NCBI GenBank assembly: GCA_002104905.1
Contig: MCFE01000565.1
Span: forward strand, 1-57,387
Source: Basidiobolus meristosporus CBS 931.73
Taxonomy: Eukaryota > Fungi > Basidiobolomycota
Reading direction: 5' to 3'
DNA length: 57,387 bases
This document shows positions 35,704 through 49,000 of this stretch, piece after piece. The position numbers and the translations under genes are program-made. Below the pieces are notes generated by a model, which made no database searches, was not told the DNA's origin, and saw only the letters and a list, made by a program, of their open reading frames with translations. Each line of letters opens with the position of its first letter. Position 1 is the stretch's first letter.

Positions 35704-38456
35704 ATGACTTCTTCAAGATTAGCATTGTCCACAATCGCGTTGATGATCATTGCTCCCAATGCCCTTGGCAGCGATCTCTGCGCGAATGTTCCCCAATGGA
35801 GCTCTGCGGACGTATACACCGGTGATAAGCAAGTTTCTTACGACGGAGACTTGTGGAAAGCCAAGTGGTGGACGCTGAACGATAAGCCAGGTCACAATCA
35901 GGATAATGTATGGGTGAATCTGGGTGCCTGCAACGGAGAGCCAGAATCTAAGCCTGATGCTCCAGTCGGAAGTGGTGCATGTGCTAATGTTCCTCAATGG
36001 AACTCTGCAGTTGCATACACCGGTAGCAAGAAGGTGGCATTTAATGGTGACTTGTGGCAAGCCAAATGGTGGACGCAGAACAACGAACCTGGTCACAATC
36101 AGGAAAATGTTTGGACCAACTTGGGTCCATGCGGTGGTAGTAAACCCCAGCCATCAACTCAACCCAAACCCAAACCAACCGAATCCGAATCCGAACCCGG
36201 AAGCGGAATTTGTTCCGATGTGGCTCAATGGAATTCTGGTTCCATCTACGTTGGCGATCAGAAGGCAGTCTACAATGGCGATTTGTGGAAAGCCAAATGG
36301 TGGACCAGAAGCGATGAGCCCGGACACAATCAGCAAAATGTATGGTTAAACCTTGGATCTTGTGATGGAAAGCCTAATACCGTGAAGCATACTACCACAC
36401 CAAAGCCTACCACCACTAAGCATACTTCCACACCAAAGCCTACCACCACCAAGCATACTTCCACACCAAAGCCTACCACTACCAAGCACGAGGAGACCGC
36501 CAAGCCTACCACCACTAAGCATGCGGAGACCACCAAGCCCGCTACAACCAGTAAGACCGAGACCAAGCCAGTAGAGACGAACAAGCCCAGCCAACCAAGC
36601 AGCCCTTCCAATGGGTTTGATGCCTCTTGCAATGACAACGTCGTCATGTACTGGGGTCAAAACAGTTACGGTGGAAGTGGTGGTGGCCCTAGTGGCTGGC
36701 AAAAGAACCTCGCCTACTATTGCCAAGATGATACGGTAGATGTCATCCCTGTTGCATTTTTGGACACTTTCTTCGGTACCGGTGGACTCCCCGAGTTGAA
36801 CTTGGCCAACACTTGCAACATGAAGGATAACAAGGTGTTCCCCAACAGCAACTTGTTGTATTGCCCCAATGTTGGCGAGGATATCAAATTCTGCCAGTCT
36901 AGAGGAAAATCCGTCGTCCTTTCCCTCGGTGGAGCCGGCGGTTCCTATGGATTCCAAGATGATGCACAAGCCAAAAACTTCGCCACTCAGCTCTGGAACT
37001 TGTTCCTTGGTGGTGAATCCAATACAAGACCATTTGGTGACGCTATCCTCGATGGTGTTGATCTTGATATCGAGGGCGGTGGACCCACTGGCTACGTGGC
37101 TTTCGTCAACCAACTTCGTTCCCACTACGAAGAAGATAAAAGAAAGAAGTATTTGGTCACTGGTGCCCCCCAATGCGTCTACCCTGATGCTAATCTTGGA
37201 AGCACCTTGAACAATGCCTGGTTTGATCTTGTATTTGTACAATTCTACAACAACCCATGTGGCTTGCAATACTACGATAACTACAGGGCATGGAATTTCG
37301 GAGTTTGGGACTACTGGGCCACTCATATCTCCCCCAATCCCGATGTCAAGGTTTACATTGGTGCTCCAGCTGCGCCAAAGGCTGCAGGCTCAGGTTACGT
37401 TCCTATTAACGAACTCAAGACCATTGCTCAAGAGACTCGTTCCAAGTTTACCAGCTTTGGCGGAGTAATGTTCTGGGATGCCTCGCAAGCTTGGGCCAAC
37501 CAGGTTGAAGGAGGAAACTATGGTGAAGCAACCAAACAATTCCTTAAAGATGGCGGTAGCTGCAACGCCAAGCCAGACCTCCCTGCTTGCAGTTCTGCTG
37601 CTGCTTGGTCCTCAGGCGGTTCATATCCTGGCGGCTCTATGGTTTCACACAACGGATATATTTGGAAATCACTTTGGTGGGTCAATGGTCAAGCACCAGG
37701 AGTTAACGGTGGATATTGGAGCGCCATTAGCGCATGTTCCAAGGACGGTCACGGTTCATTGAATGTTGATACTCCTAAGCCTGAAGGAAAGCCTTCTACC
37801 CCTACTTCTACTTCCGCTTCATGCTCTGGAGCCCCCGCATGGGTCTCAAGTGAAGTATATACCGGTGGCCACAAGGTTAGCTACAACGGCCACTTGTGGC
37901 AAGCCAAGTGGTGGACTCAAAACAACACTCCTGGCAAAAACCAAGAGAATGTTTGGGTTGATTTGGGTGCCTGTAACAGTATCCGTAGAAGATCTCGCCG
38001 TCAAGCTCCTGAATTTGCTATCAGCCCACGCGATCAATTGGCCGATTTCTTGGTTCAAAGATATATTGGTGACTACTTGGTTACCTTCAGCAACCTCAAG
38101 CTTGAATCCGAACAGTTCCAGATGGGGGTAAGTATCGAGCAGTGGTAAAGAACGTGGAACATGGTACTAACTAGATTCCAATATCTTAGGTCAAGGTCTC
38201 CTCACAGAAGCCAGGACACGCTATTTCCGACCAATGGAAGCTTTCTTTCCCATTCAACTCCACCGTTGTCAAGGTTGATGGTGCCACCTCCAAGCAAGAG
38301 GAGGGAGCTTTGGTTCTATCTGCTATTACTCCTAAGCAAGAATTCAAAGCCACTCAATACATGTCTGTATTCGTTGATGTCCATGGTAAGGTAGATGGGA
38401 AATCGACCGATCGATTCCCCTTCCCTGATATTACCAAGGCCGTTTTCTCTCCATAA
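35704..38456 (+). CDS. Secreted multimodular GH18 chitinase: SP-3xCBM5/12-T/K linker-GH18-2xCBM5/12-C-terminal CBM2-like domain
   Basis: Repeated W.....Y......V.Y.G.LW.AKWWT modules; VMYWGQN, DGVDLDIE, GAPQCVYPD; intron 38128-38189 extends the ORF to TAA at 38456. Confidence 0.93.
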
Positions 38457-39197
38457 ATTTGTAATATCCTGTAGGTAAATAAACTAATAATGATTAAGAT
38501 ATACATTGGTTATGCGATGTATGCGACATAAATGGCTAAGATAGAGATGTGCGTTTAGTGGTGTGAGATAGCGAGATGTGCGTTTGTAGATCGGATAAGT
38601 TATGCCAGTTCAACGCGATAGAGTAATCTCTCCATACCGGGACATTCAACTATCTGGGTACTATCCAGGTGGGTTTCCATGTAAGATCCCATGAAATCGA
38701 TAAAGGAAATAAGACCAAATAAGATTCCAATATAACCACTCTGAACGCGTTAACTCAAGGTGAAATCTATCCCGATATGCTATCCCGATACGAAATGCAA
38801 AGCAGTCTTTTATCATCCAGATGGGAACATGGGGAGAATAAACCGCAAGGTGCTAAAATGGCAATGATCCGTCACCAACCATGAAAATGTTATCTTGAGA
38901 TAAAAACGACTATAGTGTTAGGCCGTAGAATAGAACTAGACTCATTCCCATAACAGAAGTAAGTGTAGCGACATGGCTTGGTCAGGGACGTCTGCTACTT
39001 TTAGAGTTATTAACTGAAAGACGCATTGTCGGTTTTGGCACATATGAGTTTACCTAAAACAGCCCTTGTCTTTAGTGGCTAATAAGCTTCTGTGGAGGTA
39101 CATTTCGATTGCAGTGGACAGAGGTAGATCCATATAAAAAGCAAACCGTGCTACTTCATATCTCCAAACGATCTACTGGTATAGATCCATTGCTATC

Positions 39198-40313
39198 ATG
39201 TCTTCTTCGAAACTGGCTCTGTCTGCATTTGCATTGATGCTCTTGACTCCGTATGCATTTGGCCATATGGAGATGGTGCAGCCTCCTCCCCGTCGCTCAA
39301 AATACAATCCTACCTACACCGGGAATCCTGACTACGATATGATCTCCCCATTGAATGCGGAGAAATGGCCATATCCTTGTCGTGGATACGAAAAAGGTGG
39401 GGTGGTTCAGACCGTCAAGGCTGGAAGTAGCATTTCTGTGAAGCTTGGAGGCGTTGCCAAGCATGACGGTGGCCATTGTCAGTTCGCCATTTCTTATGAT
39501 GACAACACCTTTGTGGTCCTTAAGGATGTGTACGACGATTGCCTCATTTCTTCTCTAGACTATAGCATCCAGATTCCAGCTGGGGCCCCTAGTGGTAAAG
39601 CAACCTTCGCCTGGGCTTGGATTAACAAGATAGGCAACAGGGAGTATTACATGAATTGCGCCGATATCGATATCGAAGGAACTGCTGATGGATCAGTCAG
39701 TGGCCCTAAACTCCTTGTGGCCAACCTGCCAGGATACCCAACCATACCTGAGTTCGGTAATGGAGGGTACAGTGGTAAAGACCTGTTTGAGAGCCGACCT
39801 AATGTTAAGGTCACTCACGCTGGTAGTAGTGAGGAGAATCCCGTGCCTGAGTTAAAACCCACGGAGACAATCAAGCCTACTGAGACCAGCAAGCCAGTAC
39901 CAACCACCGATGGGGGGTCAAGCAACTGTGGAGATGTTCCACAATGGAACTCTGGAACTTCATACAATGGAAAAGATAAGGTTGTATACAACAATATTCT
40001 ATGGGAAGCAAAATGGTGGACCCGCAACGATCAGCCCGGAAACAACAGTCAAGATGTATGGGCTAGCCAGGGCGCCTGCGACGGCAAGCCGGTTGAACCC
40101 ACAAAGCCTGTGACATCTGTTGAGCCAACACCAACTGTGGAAGTAGGGTCAGGGGCTTGTTCCGGTATTGCCGAGTGGAGGCCTAATGTAGCATACAATG
40201 GAGAACAAAAAGTTGTATACAACAACAGAGTCTGGCAAGCAAAATGGTGGTCTCAGAATGACAAGCCTGGGAATAACGGGCCCAATGTTTGGGTGGATCT
40301 AGGAGCATGCTAA
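39198..40313 (+). CDS. AA11-type lytic polysaccharide monooxygenase with two C-terminal CBM5/12 modules
   Basis: Signal peptide followed by His1 (AFG|HMEM); AKHDGGHCQFAISYD and WAWINKIGNREYYMNCAD motifs; two AKWW modules. Confidence 0.88.
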   Translation: MSSSKLALSAFALMLLTPYAFGHMEMVQPPPRRSKYNPTYTGNPDYDMISPLNAEKWPYPCRGYEKGGVVQTVKAGSSISVKLGGVAKHDGGHCQFAISYDDNTFVVLKDVYDDCLISSLDYSIQIPAGAPSGKATFAWAWINKIGNREYYMNCADIDIEGTADGSVSGPKLLVANLPGYPTIPEFGNGGYSGKDLFESRPNVKVTHAGSSEENPVPELKPTETIKPTETSKPVPTTDGGSSNCGDVPQWNSGTSYNGKDKVVYNNILWEAKWWTRNDQPGNNSQDVWASQGACDGKPVEPTKPVTSVEPTPTVEVGSGACSGIAEWRPNVAYNGEQKVVYNNRVWQAKWWSQNDKPGNNGPNVWVDLGAC

Positions 40314-40644
40314 TGGGTGTTAGGCTATGTGCTCTATATCGGACTGAATAAACTATATAAGCTACTCTGAATAATTTTATATTATCCGATATAACGACAT
40401 GTCTTTTGTCAATACAAAGAGCAATAGCTAACCTTTCAACTTAGTGTACATGGCCAAAGAATATATATCTTTGATGTAACATTCCCACATTTATGATATC
40501 AACGCATATTTGCAACAAAAATTATGATGATATTAAACCTGCTTGGGGACCTAGGGTATTTTGTTCCTTTCACTTGAGCATTCATTTAATGCATACGCTA
40601 GGAAAATCTTCGAATGCCAAATATTCACTGGGGGTTATTTTATT

Positions 40645-40850
40645 TTTAGGAAGGTCCTCAGAGTATGTGTGCATAGTTCGGGGAATTTTGATGTTCTGGG
40701 TACCTGGCATTTTGGTGAAATTATTCAATGCAAACCCCAACAAGGAGTTTGGTCAGAGCTCTCTAGGATTTCCCAACAAGGAATTTGGTCAGAGCTCTCT
40801 AGGATTTCCCAACAAGGAATTTGGTCAGAGCTCTCTAGGATTTGAAGGTA
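40645..40850 (-). repeat. Diverged copia LTR fragment with an internal 36-bp triplication (40736-40843)
   Basis: ggaaggtcc...gttctgggtacctgg...ccaacaaggaatttggtcag matches the LTR family; unit CCCAACAAGGAATTTGGTCAGAGCTCTCTAGGATTT x3. Confidence 0.8.
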
Positions 40851-41473
40851 GCCTGGAAATAGGAAAGTTTGTAAGTCATAATCTAATTGCTCAAGCCAAC
40901 AATAATCATATAGGCGTAAATACAAAATTCATGTTGATGCTTATATGCAGGTTTAAAACACTCCTACTCTGCGAATAATCAAACACATCAACGATCATAT
41001 ATATTCACGCAATCCTCTAGTTTGTGACCATTTAATGTGAGTACAATTTGCTTATCATCAGTGTAGTCAACTATACGAGTCAATCTATCTTCACTCGCTT
41101 CCCTGATGAGGTGGTGTCCTGTATCAAATGCTTAGCTCAAGCCCTGAAGGATGGATATATATTTATTCAGAGACCAAAGTGATTTTTGAGCTAAATTAGT
41201 AGAAGAGGGCTGAGTCACGCATCAGTCATAAGACACCTCTTGGGTGAATATTCAGGTGCAATTATCAGCTTTTACAACAATATCTTGGCAAGATATTTCA
41301 GGTAAATTGTAGGAAAAGTTTTAGGCAAAATTTACTAGGATTTGCAGACTAGGATTCAAGTGACTAAATTAGGTGTAAATTTAGATATAAATACAAAACC
41401 TACAACAGTGACACTTTATATTACTGACACAGAATATATGTTATCAGGCCAAGCTAAAATGCAAGCACCGTGA

Positions 41474-41641
41474 TGTTGGGAAAATTCAAAATTCCACCTA
41501 AATACTCACCTAACTGAGTCACTTAGATCATTACCTTCAAATCCTAGAGAATACTGACCAAATTCAATAAGTCATTGAGTGAAATCATATAATCTACTTG
41601 TTCTCCCAATCACCTCCAATATCTCCAAGACTCTTACAACA
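41474..41641 (+). repeat. Internally deleted copia LTR in the opposite orientation
   Basis: Reverse complement of both LTR ends, joined with the middle missing. Confidence 0.75.
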
Positions 41642-42660
41642 GCTTCTTTGATAGTTTCACAGGTAGCTATTTACTCAGCCTCTGTGGTGCACAGTGCTAT
41701 AGTTGGTTGCTTTCCTGAGTACCATGAAATCACTTATCTACAACAAAGGAAGATGTATCCTGTGGTGGATCTTCTGCCTTCTAAATTTTTCACTCAATTT
41801 GCATCAGAGTATCACACAAAACTCTTTTCTCAGACCCTATATGTGCACCTTATCCAGATATCAGCAGTCCCTGTTAAATATTTAAATCCGCTGTACTGAA
41901 GAATATGGTCAGATTCTTAACTCTGTTGTAAGAGTCTTGGAGATATTGGAAGTGATTTGGGAGGACAAGTAGGTTGTGTGGTTTTCACTTAATGATTTAT
42001 TGAATGTGAAAGTAGTATTTATACTTTTACCTGGTCTTGGCATTACAAACACGTCGAATAGGTTAAGGAAGGTCCGAACAACATGTGTGCAAAGTTTGGG
42101 GCTGTTTGGATAACTTTGAGAATTTTCATGTTCTGGGTACCTGGTATTTTGGTGAAAATATTCTAAGTAAATCCCAACAAGGAATTTGGTCAGTAATCTC
42201 TAGGATTTGAGGGTAATGATCTAAGTGACTAAGTTAGGTGAATATTTAGGTGGAATTACAAATTTTTACAACAAACTCTGATTGGGTTGCCTGACCACTC
42301 CTGCTGAATACAAGATATCTGAGTTTGTTCCTTGCAGGCAATATGTCAAACTACCAACTATAGACTGTCAAGGACAGTCCAGGCTCTAAGATGGCACTAA
42401 GTTCACTTGATTTGATTCATTTTTAACCAAGTTAAGGGCAGTCTTGATTGGGGTAGCAATCAGTTTATATTCTGCATTTAGACCACATTTAGTATTTCTT
42501 GAATATATTGGACAGACTCAAGGTGGTGGTCCAAATACTTGTGTCTATAGAGCATTGTATCCTTAAGTAGTAGCTGAGCTCTCATGTATCAGACATCTTG
42601 AATTCCTTAAATAGGTGGGATTTATTCACCTTCAGTGCTTTTTGGTTAATGGTGACTATA
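41642..42660 (-). pseudogene. Old, decayed copia RT/RNase H fragment interrupted by a solo LTR
   Basis: Recognisable similarity to 46700-47330 of the intact element, with many stops. Confidence 0.7.
41924..42273 (-). repeat. Copia solo LTR (350 bp)
   Basis: TG...CA, 5-bp TSD AACTC (41919-41923 and 42274-42278). Confidence 0.93.
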
Positions 42661-42662
42661 AT

Positions 42663-42790
42663 TATTGTAAGAGTTTTAATGATATTGAAAGTGATTGAGA
42701 TATCAAGTAGATTATGTTGTTTACACATAACTGTTTATTGATAGTCAATATAATATTTATACTTGTACATCATCTAGGCAGAATACATAG
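42663..42790 (-). repeat. Diverged LTR fragment cut off by the first TTAG(G)n junction
   Basis: ttgtaagagtttt...gaaagtgattgagatatcaagtagattatg resembles the LTR start and stops abruptly at 42790. Confidence 0.6.
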
Positions 42791-42833
42791 TTAGGGGGGG
42801 GGGAGACAGTCACCAACAGGTGAAATCTCTAAT
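42791..42833 (-). mobile_element. Telomeric retroelement type B, about 40-bp 3'-end stub
   Basis: ttag(g)n-agacagtcaccaacaggtgaaatct, matching the 3' ends at 54324 and 57117. Confidence 0.85.
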
Positions 42834-42997
42834 TTAGGGGAGGGAAAGTCACTAAGTTGATGAAATCTTTATTTGAGTCAAGAACTAATCTAAGTACAAA
42901 TAAAGAAGCCAATTAAGAGGTCTAGAACCTCTCTAATAAGTAATCTAATTTATGTTTTGTTTCATCTCTAATGTTTGTTTCAATAAAGTAAAGCTCA

Positions 42998-45972
42998 TCA
43001 GGGGTAAATATGAAATTCAAGGGTTTTGGAGGGAAGTCCAAATTGTAGATGTTTCTGATCAATATAATCCAAGACTGGAGCCCAGCCTGGGATTAGGTGT
43101 AGTAGGAAAGGTGTGTGGACTTGTAAGTAGCTCTGCCACATAGATCCTAGATGGTCCTGAGCCAGTAGTCTTGGTTTCTCTGCTTTTTGAAGTTTTGAAG
43201 CAAGCTCTGTTACTACAGCAGAGCCAACCAGGGTGTGCCAGCAAGAAGATTTCAGGGAGGAGTTAGATTTAAGCCACTGTTTGATGGAGGGGTTATGTGA
43301 TTTCTGAAGTTGACTAGGAAGGAAGCACAAAGATAGACCATTTGGATTTGGTATGGGTAGAACCCAAAGGCTCCATTAGTTGCATGGATATAGGGAGACA
43401 CCAAAAGATAAGGTACCAAGGATCTGATACACTGATGGAGAAATTTATCCAGGCGGTGAAGTTCTCTGGAGGTTAGGGGTATAATGTGGAGACCAAATTC
43501 AAGTATGAGCAGTACATACTGCTTCAGAAGTATAGGGATCTTTTGAATTGGAGTGTCTGGAGTGACTACTACCAGAAGCTTTTTGAGAGGCTGTTGGGCA
43601 AGACAGATCCTATTTTTCAGGTGGAGCTTTGAGTCAATCCCATGTTGACAAAACGGCAGACCTAGATATATTGCAGTTTGTTGTGGCAGAATGCTAGTGT
43701 TCTGTATAGTTGTAGTGCACCCAATTGGGACTGTCTTGGAAATTGAGAGTGAGAGGTTGTTGGCAGCCAAGTACTTCTCAATGATGGCAGTGTCTGCTAT
43801 GGGATTAGGAGTAGCAATCTTGATATCATCCGCATAGAGAGTTAGTAGTGGATAGGGAGAGTCTGGTGAGGGGCCTTTTGGAAATAAAGGAAAGTTGAGT
43901 AGGAATATCACAAATAGTAAGGGACCTAGTACAGATCCTTGGACTACTCCATTTGGAACCTCATAAGTCTCTGATGTGCAACTTGGATGCAAAATTTTGG
44001 CTGAGTTCTCACAAAATAGAGAACATACAAGAAGGTTCATTGGTAGTGTGGTAACTGCTAATAGCTTTCTCCAAAGCAGAGCTCTGTCCACAGAGTCAAA
44101 GGCTTTAGTAATGTCAAACAGAATGGTTGGCAATGAGAATTGAAGTGAATGATCATGGCTTAGCACTACAGCCATATCCAAGGAGAGTTTGGGCAAGAAG
44201 CCAAACTGAGAAGGATGGAATGGATATAGTTGAGATTGTAAGGATCTTGCTATTATAAGCTCAAAGATTTTCTGGCAGGTTGGTAGGAGTGAAACTGGCC
44301 GGTAAGAACCTGGAAGTGAGTGTTTCCCCTTCCCTTTGTATAAGGGTGTTACATTTGCCTGTGACCAGGCCTTTGGGGTAGTCAATTGTTGCGCACAGAT
44401 AGAGTAGAATGGGATAAGTAAGTGACTCATTTTGGAGTAGCACACCCAGAGTAGATTGTAGGTAATCAAGTCATGTCCAGGTGCAGTATTTGCAGGACGC
44501 TTCTTTAAAATTTTCTCCAGAAGCTTTGCTGAAATCAAAATTGGAGATGTTGGACTGCTGGATATGTTACCAGTATGGTAGAAAGGAGGAGTGGGATGCA
44601 CAGATGAATCAAAGAATATAGGGGCCAGTTTGTCTGGTGATGATATACTCCTTGCTTGGGGTCTCATGGCTTTGTATACTCTTGATATGGACCTTGTGGT
44701 GGCATTCATATTTACTAAGGGCAAGGTATCCATGATATGAGCCCATAATCTAGTATGCTCAGTGATCTGTAGTGACTTGGAGTAGGAGATTGCGCTTTCC
44801 AGGAGGTTCTGTGTTTTTGGGTTAGGGAAACATAGGTAGCTGGAATTTAAGACAGAAATGATGGATTTCCATTTAAGTTGGTTTGCAGATGGCTTTTGGT
44901 AGGACTTGGTGGGTAGGGCTAGACAGCCAGTGATTATGATGAAATGCTGGTAAAATAGCCATAATGCATTTATATCATCACAAATCCATGTAGGTAAGCT
45001 GGGAAATGCATATTCGGTAAGCAAGGATAGGTAGTTGGCAAAGTCCTGTGTCTGTGATACTGAAGCTTTGGCTGGCAAGATTGTAAATGGCTGAAGAAGG
45101 GTGCCAATTGGTAAGGTTTTTCTGGCAGAAATGATAATATGTATTGGCTTGTGATCAGATTTCTTTAGTGACCCACAACTGATATCCTCTGGAATGCTTG
45201 TAACCTGGTGGATGTACTGTAAGGCAGCTGGAGTAGCTGTTACCCAGCCAACACAACATTGAGCTTGCTGAGTGTTTACAGTGACCAGATGGTTTTGTTG
45301 GAGGAACTTTGTAAAGTGCTCCTCTTGGGTTCTAAGTCTGGATGAAATAGTGGTGATATTTTCAGGGTGGGGAATATTTATATCTCCCACTACCATACAA
45401 GGGATTGATGAGCTGTTAATGAACTCTGATGTGGCTAAGAAAATTGCCAGTGTTATGGAGCTAGACAGAGATGGAGGGAGATAGATAGTAATGGCTACTA
45501 TAGCTGGAAGTGTTAGAGCATAGCAGTAATACTCATAGATGATGGATACATTTGCTGAGGGTGCAAGCTTAGAAGATGAAAGAGCAATGAGTGCCATTGA
45601 GTGAGCTGGAAATTTTGGGTGAGCAGATGAATATGCATTCAGTCTAGAGGGAAGTTTGGGCAACTCAACATCAATTAGTAGGAGCAAAGAATATTCCTTT
45701 TTCAGTAAGTTTTCTAATTCAGCTACTGTTGGAGTGATGGAGTTGAAATTGAGTAAGAGTATGTTCTGTAGTTGGGCAGACTCTGAGGTTGCCTGTTCCT
45801 GCTGAAACTCTTGCACTGCCCTTTGTAAATTTCCAGAATTATTCCACAACTCTTCAAATGGAGCTTGTGTAATGTCTTTCAGGATTCTAATTGCTTCCTC
45901 TTTCAAGAAGTAGGCCACATCATAGGTTGGAGCCTGTTTCTTAATGGCAGCAAAGAATGCCATAATTGCCAT
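42998..45972 (-). pseudogene. LINE-type ORF2 of type A: degenerate APE-like domain plus RT; C-terminus frameshifted into 42998-43330
   Basis: IYLPP, VVGDIN and KSDHKPI (APE-like); SYRPVSLL, QFGF, FDITKAFDSV, GVVQGSVLGPLLF and LYADD (non-LTR RT). Confidence 0.88.
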
Positions 45973-46042
45973 GTGAGCTGGGGCTTGTTGAATATTCCTG
46001 GCTCAGTGTCCATTGACTCTGGTGGAATGATTGTGAATTTGG

Positions 46043-49000
46043 TGTTGTAAGAGTCTTGGAGATATTGGAAGTGATTTGGAGAACAAGTAGATTATGTGGT
46101 TTTCACTTAATGATTTATTGAATGTAAAAGTAGTATTTATACTTTTACATGGTCTTGGCATTACAAACACGTAGAATAGGTTAAGGAAGGTCCCAAGAAC
46201 ATGTGTGCAAAGTTTGGGGCTGTTTGGACAACTTTGAGAATTTTCATGTTCTGGGTACCTGGTATTTTGGTGAAAATATTCTAAGTAAATCCCGACAAGG
46301 AATTTGGTCAGTATTCTCTAGGATTTGAAGGTGATGATCTAAGTGACTAAGTTAGGTGAATATTTAGGTGGAAAATACGAATTTTTACAACACTCCCACT
46401 CAGCTAAATGTTCATACTGACTAGTCCTAATTTTGACCTAAGATATTCAAACTTGTCTCTAGCTAATGGTTTGGTAAATATGTCTGCAATCATTTCATCT
46501 GTAGGACAGTAAACTAAGCTAACTAAGTTATTCTCTATAGCTTCACGTATGAAATGATGTCTAATATCTATGTGCTTGGTTCTAGCATGAAAAGTTGGAT
46601 TTCTACCTAATTGTATACATCCTTGATTATCTTGAAATAAAGTAATAGGCGTTTTTTGACATAGGCCTAAATCTGTAAAGAGCTTTCTTAACCACATTGC
46701 TTCTTTTGTAGCTTCACAGGCTGCCATATACTCTGCCTCTGTAGTAGAAAGTGCTACGGTTGGTTGCTTTCTTGAATTCCATGAAATGGCTCCTTTACAG
46801 TAAAGAAAGGTATATCCTGTGGTGGATCTTCTGTCTTCTAAATTTCGTCCCCAATCAGCATCAGAGTATCCCACAAGATCCTGTTCTGAATCCTTATAAG
46901 TGTATCTTAAGCAGATATCAGCAGTTCCTTTTAGGTATCTAAAAATCCGCTTAACTGCTGCAATATGATCAGATCCATAATTCTGATTATGTTGGCTGAC
47001 AACTCCCACTGAATATGAGATATCTGGACGTGTTCCAAGCATGATATACATCAGACTGCCGACCATAGATTGATAAGAAAAGTCAGGGCTTTCAGATGGC
47101 ACCAAGCTCTCTTGATTTGGTTGAGTTTTGACCAAGTTAAGGTTTGTCTCCATTGGGGTAGCTGCCGGTTTACAGTCTTCCATTTTGTACTTCTTTAGTA
47201 TATCTTGAATATACTTGGATTGGCTTAGGGTAATAGTCTGGGTACTTCTGTCTATGGAGAACTTAATCCCTAAGTAGTAACTGAGTTCTCCTAGATTGGA
47301 CATCTTGAACTCCTTAGATAGGCTGGATTTAGTCTCTTCCAATGTTTCTAGGTTATTGGTGGCTATAATAAGATCATCCACATATAGAGCTAATAGAACT
47401 GGATTTGCTCTATCTGGCTTATAGTATATACTATAGTCAGCATTACTCCTTTTGAAACTCAAAGATTCCAAATAAGAATCTATCTTGCAATTCCAGGCTC
47501 TCGGTGATTGTTTGAGACCATATAGTGACTTTTTAAGCTTGCAGACCAAATGGGGGTTATCTTGGTCAACAAAACCATCAGGCTGGTCCATATACACGTC
47601 CTCATCAAGTTCTCCATTCAAAAATGCAGTTTTTACATCCATTTGATGAATAAAAAACTTATATTTGGCTGCAATAGCCAATATTAATCTGATGGAATTA
47701 AACTTGGCTACCGGTGCAAAGGTCTCAGTATAGTCAAGTCCTTTTGTTTGAGAGTATCCTTTGGCTACAAGTCTTGCTTTGTATCTTTCAATTGTACCAT
47801 CAGCCTTGTATTTTGTCTTGAAGACCCATCTGCATCCAATTGATTTTCGGTTGATTGGTAATTTGACTAAGTCCCAAGTTTGATTTTCCATCAGGGCCTG
47901 ATATTCCTCAGTCATTGCAGATCTCCAAAACTTCGTCTGAGGGCTATTTAGGGCCTCTTTTACAGTCTGGGGTTCATCAATATGGACTGAATAGGCATAG
48001 GCTAAGTTTGTACCCTCATTAATATAGTAATTTGGGCTATTTCTTGTCCAATTTGATCTCCGGGCATTTGATACTGGAATGATCACTTCTGGGATATTCC
48101 TGGGCACTGATTCTGGCTGAACCACGGTTGTAGAGTCCTCTGGAGTGAAAAAAGTTTCATTGTTTTGCTCTGATTCAATCCTGACAATTGGTGGACTTGA
48201 GATCAAATTTTCGTCATCATCTGATGTCATTTTTTGTGAAAATTTTGAATTTTCATCAAACAACACATCCCTGGACTTGATCAGCTTCTTTGCTTCGGTA
48301 TTGTAGAGTCTGTATGCCTTACTCTCATTGCAGTAGCCCAAAAATATGCATTTTACACTTTTTGGCTCAAATTTTGACTGATTTCCGGCCAGTTTTTTGG
48401 CATATGCTGTACACCCAAATATTCTTAGATGTTCTGCACTTGGTCTGTGTCCATACCATGCTTCAAATGGAGTAGAATCACAAAGTATTCTGTTATAACT
48501 TCTATTTTTAAGATATACAGCAGTGGCAACTGATTCCGCCCAAAAATCATAGGATAATTTTTGATCATGGATCATAGATCTTGCCATATCAATTATTGAT
48601 CTGTTAGCTCTTTCTGCTACTCCATTTTGCTGTGGGGAGTATGGTACAGTAGTCTCTTGCTTTATCCCATGAATTTTGCAGAAGTGGATGAAGAGTTTTG
48701 AGGTATATTCTCCACCATTGTCAGAGCGTATTTTCTTGATTTTTTCACCAGTTTCTCTCTCCACCATGGCTTTAAACTCCCTGAGCTTAGACAGAGCTTC
48801 TTCCTTTCTCTCCATGAAGTAGACCCATGTGTATCTTGTATAATCATCAATAAAAGTGATTAAATACTTCATCCCGCCTAAGGATAAATTTTGCATAGGT
48901 CCACACAGATCTGAGTGAATTAGATCTAATTTTTTCTTAGTTTTGATTAACCCAGAGCTCTTGAACGGTTGTCTGGCTTGTTTCCCATATATGCAGGCTT

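Noticed and set aside
40736-40843. CRISPR-like 36-bp repeats
   Set aside because: The units are contiguous with no spacers and derive from the copia LTR.
41103-41180. Hammerhead ribozyme core CTGATGAG
   Set aside because: No matching stem II/GAAA or flanking helices found.
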